NCBI GenBank assembly: GCA_947630445.1
Contig: CANRHQ010000003.1
Span: forward strand, 11,733 to 75,732
Source of the DNA: an uncultured Clostridia bacterium
GTDB lineage: Bacteria > Bacillota > Clostridia > TANB77 > CAG-508
Length of the DNA: 64,000 nt
Reading direction: 5' to 3'
Below, piece by piece: positions 62,900 through 64,000 of the stretch; position 1 is the stretch's first letter; each line of letters starts with the position of its first letter. The notes under the pieces were generated by a model. That model was not told the origin of the DNA and did no database searches. It saw nothing but the letters and a program-made list of their open reading frames with translations. The translations under genes were made by a program, and so were the position numbers.

Positions 62900-64000
62900 A
62901 GTTATTACTTATTTTTGAGAAAACTAATTTTAAATTTATGTTACGATTACTGTCAAATTCGATTTTATCTATCAAATTACTCAATATCTGTTTAGTTACC
63001 TTGTTTGTGTTTAAAAATTCCTCAGATAGCTTTTTAATTTGATTATAACTTATTGTATTTTTATTTTTCTCAAGCTTTATTTTCTGTTCTAAATCACAAA
63101 TTTGCTTTTTACATTTTTCAATGTCATTTTCTTTTTGAGCTTTAATTGATAAAAAAGTTTCATTATTGATAATATTTTCAAGTTTATCATTATAGGTAAT
63201 TTTTATCTGTTCATTTATTTTATCTATTTTAGCAAGTAACCCTTGTTTTTGATCTTCTAATCTATGGCATTCATAATTAATGCTTTTTTCTAAGTTATTC
63301 ATAACAGTTTTTATATCATTATCATTAAAAGAAATATTTTTACATTCTTTTTCTATTATTGGAATTATTATATTATACAGTTTTCTACTACTTATAGATT
63401 TTGTATTATTACACTTTTTATTTGTACCTTTGTTAGCTTCAGAACAAATATAAGAGTTTATCTCGCATTTACCACCATTTTTAGTAGTTTTTTCTTTATG
63501 TTTTAATGTAGAAATACTACCACATTCTTTACAATAAATTAAACCTTTAAAAATATCATCATATTTTCTGTTTCTATTATTCTTAAATCTCTCTTTTAGT
63601 ATTTGACATTTATTAAATGTTTGTATATCAATTATTGGCTCATGCATATTTTCAACAATTATTTGATTTTCTTTAGTATTTCTAATTCTTTCTTTCCTTC
63701 TAAAACTTGGTTTTACTGTTTTTGCTCCTACCACTGTTCCAATATACACAGGATTACTAACAATTCTTGTTATTGTAATTTCCTTCCAACCTTCTGAATT
63801 TGCTTTTATTCCTTTTATTTTTAAATACTCTCTAGGTGGTATGATTTTTCTCTCATTTAAACTTTTTACTATTTCTGTGCGAGTATATCCTTTTGAATAC
63901 TTTTCAAATATTTCTTGTATAATAGTTGATACTTCACTATCAACTATTAACCTATTTTTATTATTTGAACCTTTTTTGTATCCATATGGAGCAGTGTTTC
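62898..64000 (-). mobile_element. Large serine recombinase gene (3' two-thirds; runs off the right edge) marking the end of an integrated element
   Basis: The track ORF 62898..63749 starts at an internal GTG. The frame stays open upstream to 64000 (...APYGYKKGSNNKNRLIVDSEVSTIIQEIFEKYSKGYTRTEIVKSLNERKIIPPREYL...ITRIVSNPVYIGT...). This shows the recombinase domain, a zinc-ribbon (CKECGS...C..C) and a coiled coil, the layout typical of SpoIVCA/phage-type large serine recombinases. Confidence 0.8.

Noticed and set aside
62898-64000. The large serine recombinase as the invertase for the three promoter switches.
   Set aside because: Large serine recombinases normally catalyse integration and excision of their own element, and this one sits at an element junction. 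Known promoter invertases are tyrosine recombinases or small Hin-type serine recombinases, and none is encoded in this window. The question is left open rather than claimed.

Overview
This is a very AT-rich chromosomal segment from a spore-forming Firmicute of the Clostridia type. Sporulation genes veg, yabG, spoIIP, spoVS and ymdB and a cotJC-like gene are present. Most of the window is minus-strand housekeeping: ftsY, glmM, glyQS with a T-box leader, a Ca-ATPase, obg, trpS, hrcA-grpE-dnaK-dnaJ, hemW, whiA, prmC, relA, recJ and recA, with asd-dapA on the plus strand, plus tRNA-Trp and tRNA-Glu. No rRNA genes or CRISPR arrays are present.

Five observations stand out.

1. Three copies of a ~200-bp cassette are bounded by perfect 21-24 bp inverted repeats whose two arms co-vary between copies. 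Each cassette holds a near-consensus promoter and a symmetric terminator hairpin. Each sits directly upstream of a gene whose product starts with the same pilin-like N-terminal module, fused to either BspA-type LRR or FGE/SUMF1-like C-terminal domains. In this assembly all three promoters point away from their genes. I read these as phase-variable invertible promoters (invertons). A fixed-orientation paralog of the same promoter drives the adjacent polytopic-membrane-protein/GT2 glycosyltransferase pair. Two of the switch-gene units are a ~1.58-kb tandem duplication that carried along remnants of the downstream gene's 5' end.

2. A cotJC-like Mn-catalase gene is split at about 62897 by an element whose terminal gene is a large serine recombinase. 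This resembles a skin-like sporulation intervening element or a prophage. The element runs off the right edge of the window.

3. A two-gene island with visibly higher G+C lies between dnaJ and trpS. It has its own consensus promoter and GC-rich terminators, and it encodes a protein with a long poly-acidic tail.

4. An orphan membrane-anchored VirD4/TraD-like coupling ATPase lies next to tRNA-Glu.

5. An M23 peptidase gene is broken by a 1-nt frameshift in a T4 run.

Product calls come from motifs I could read in the supplied translations. No database search was possible.
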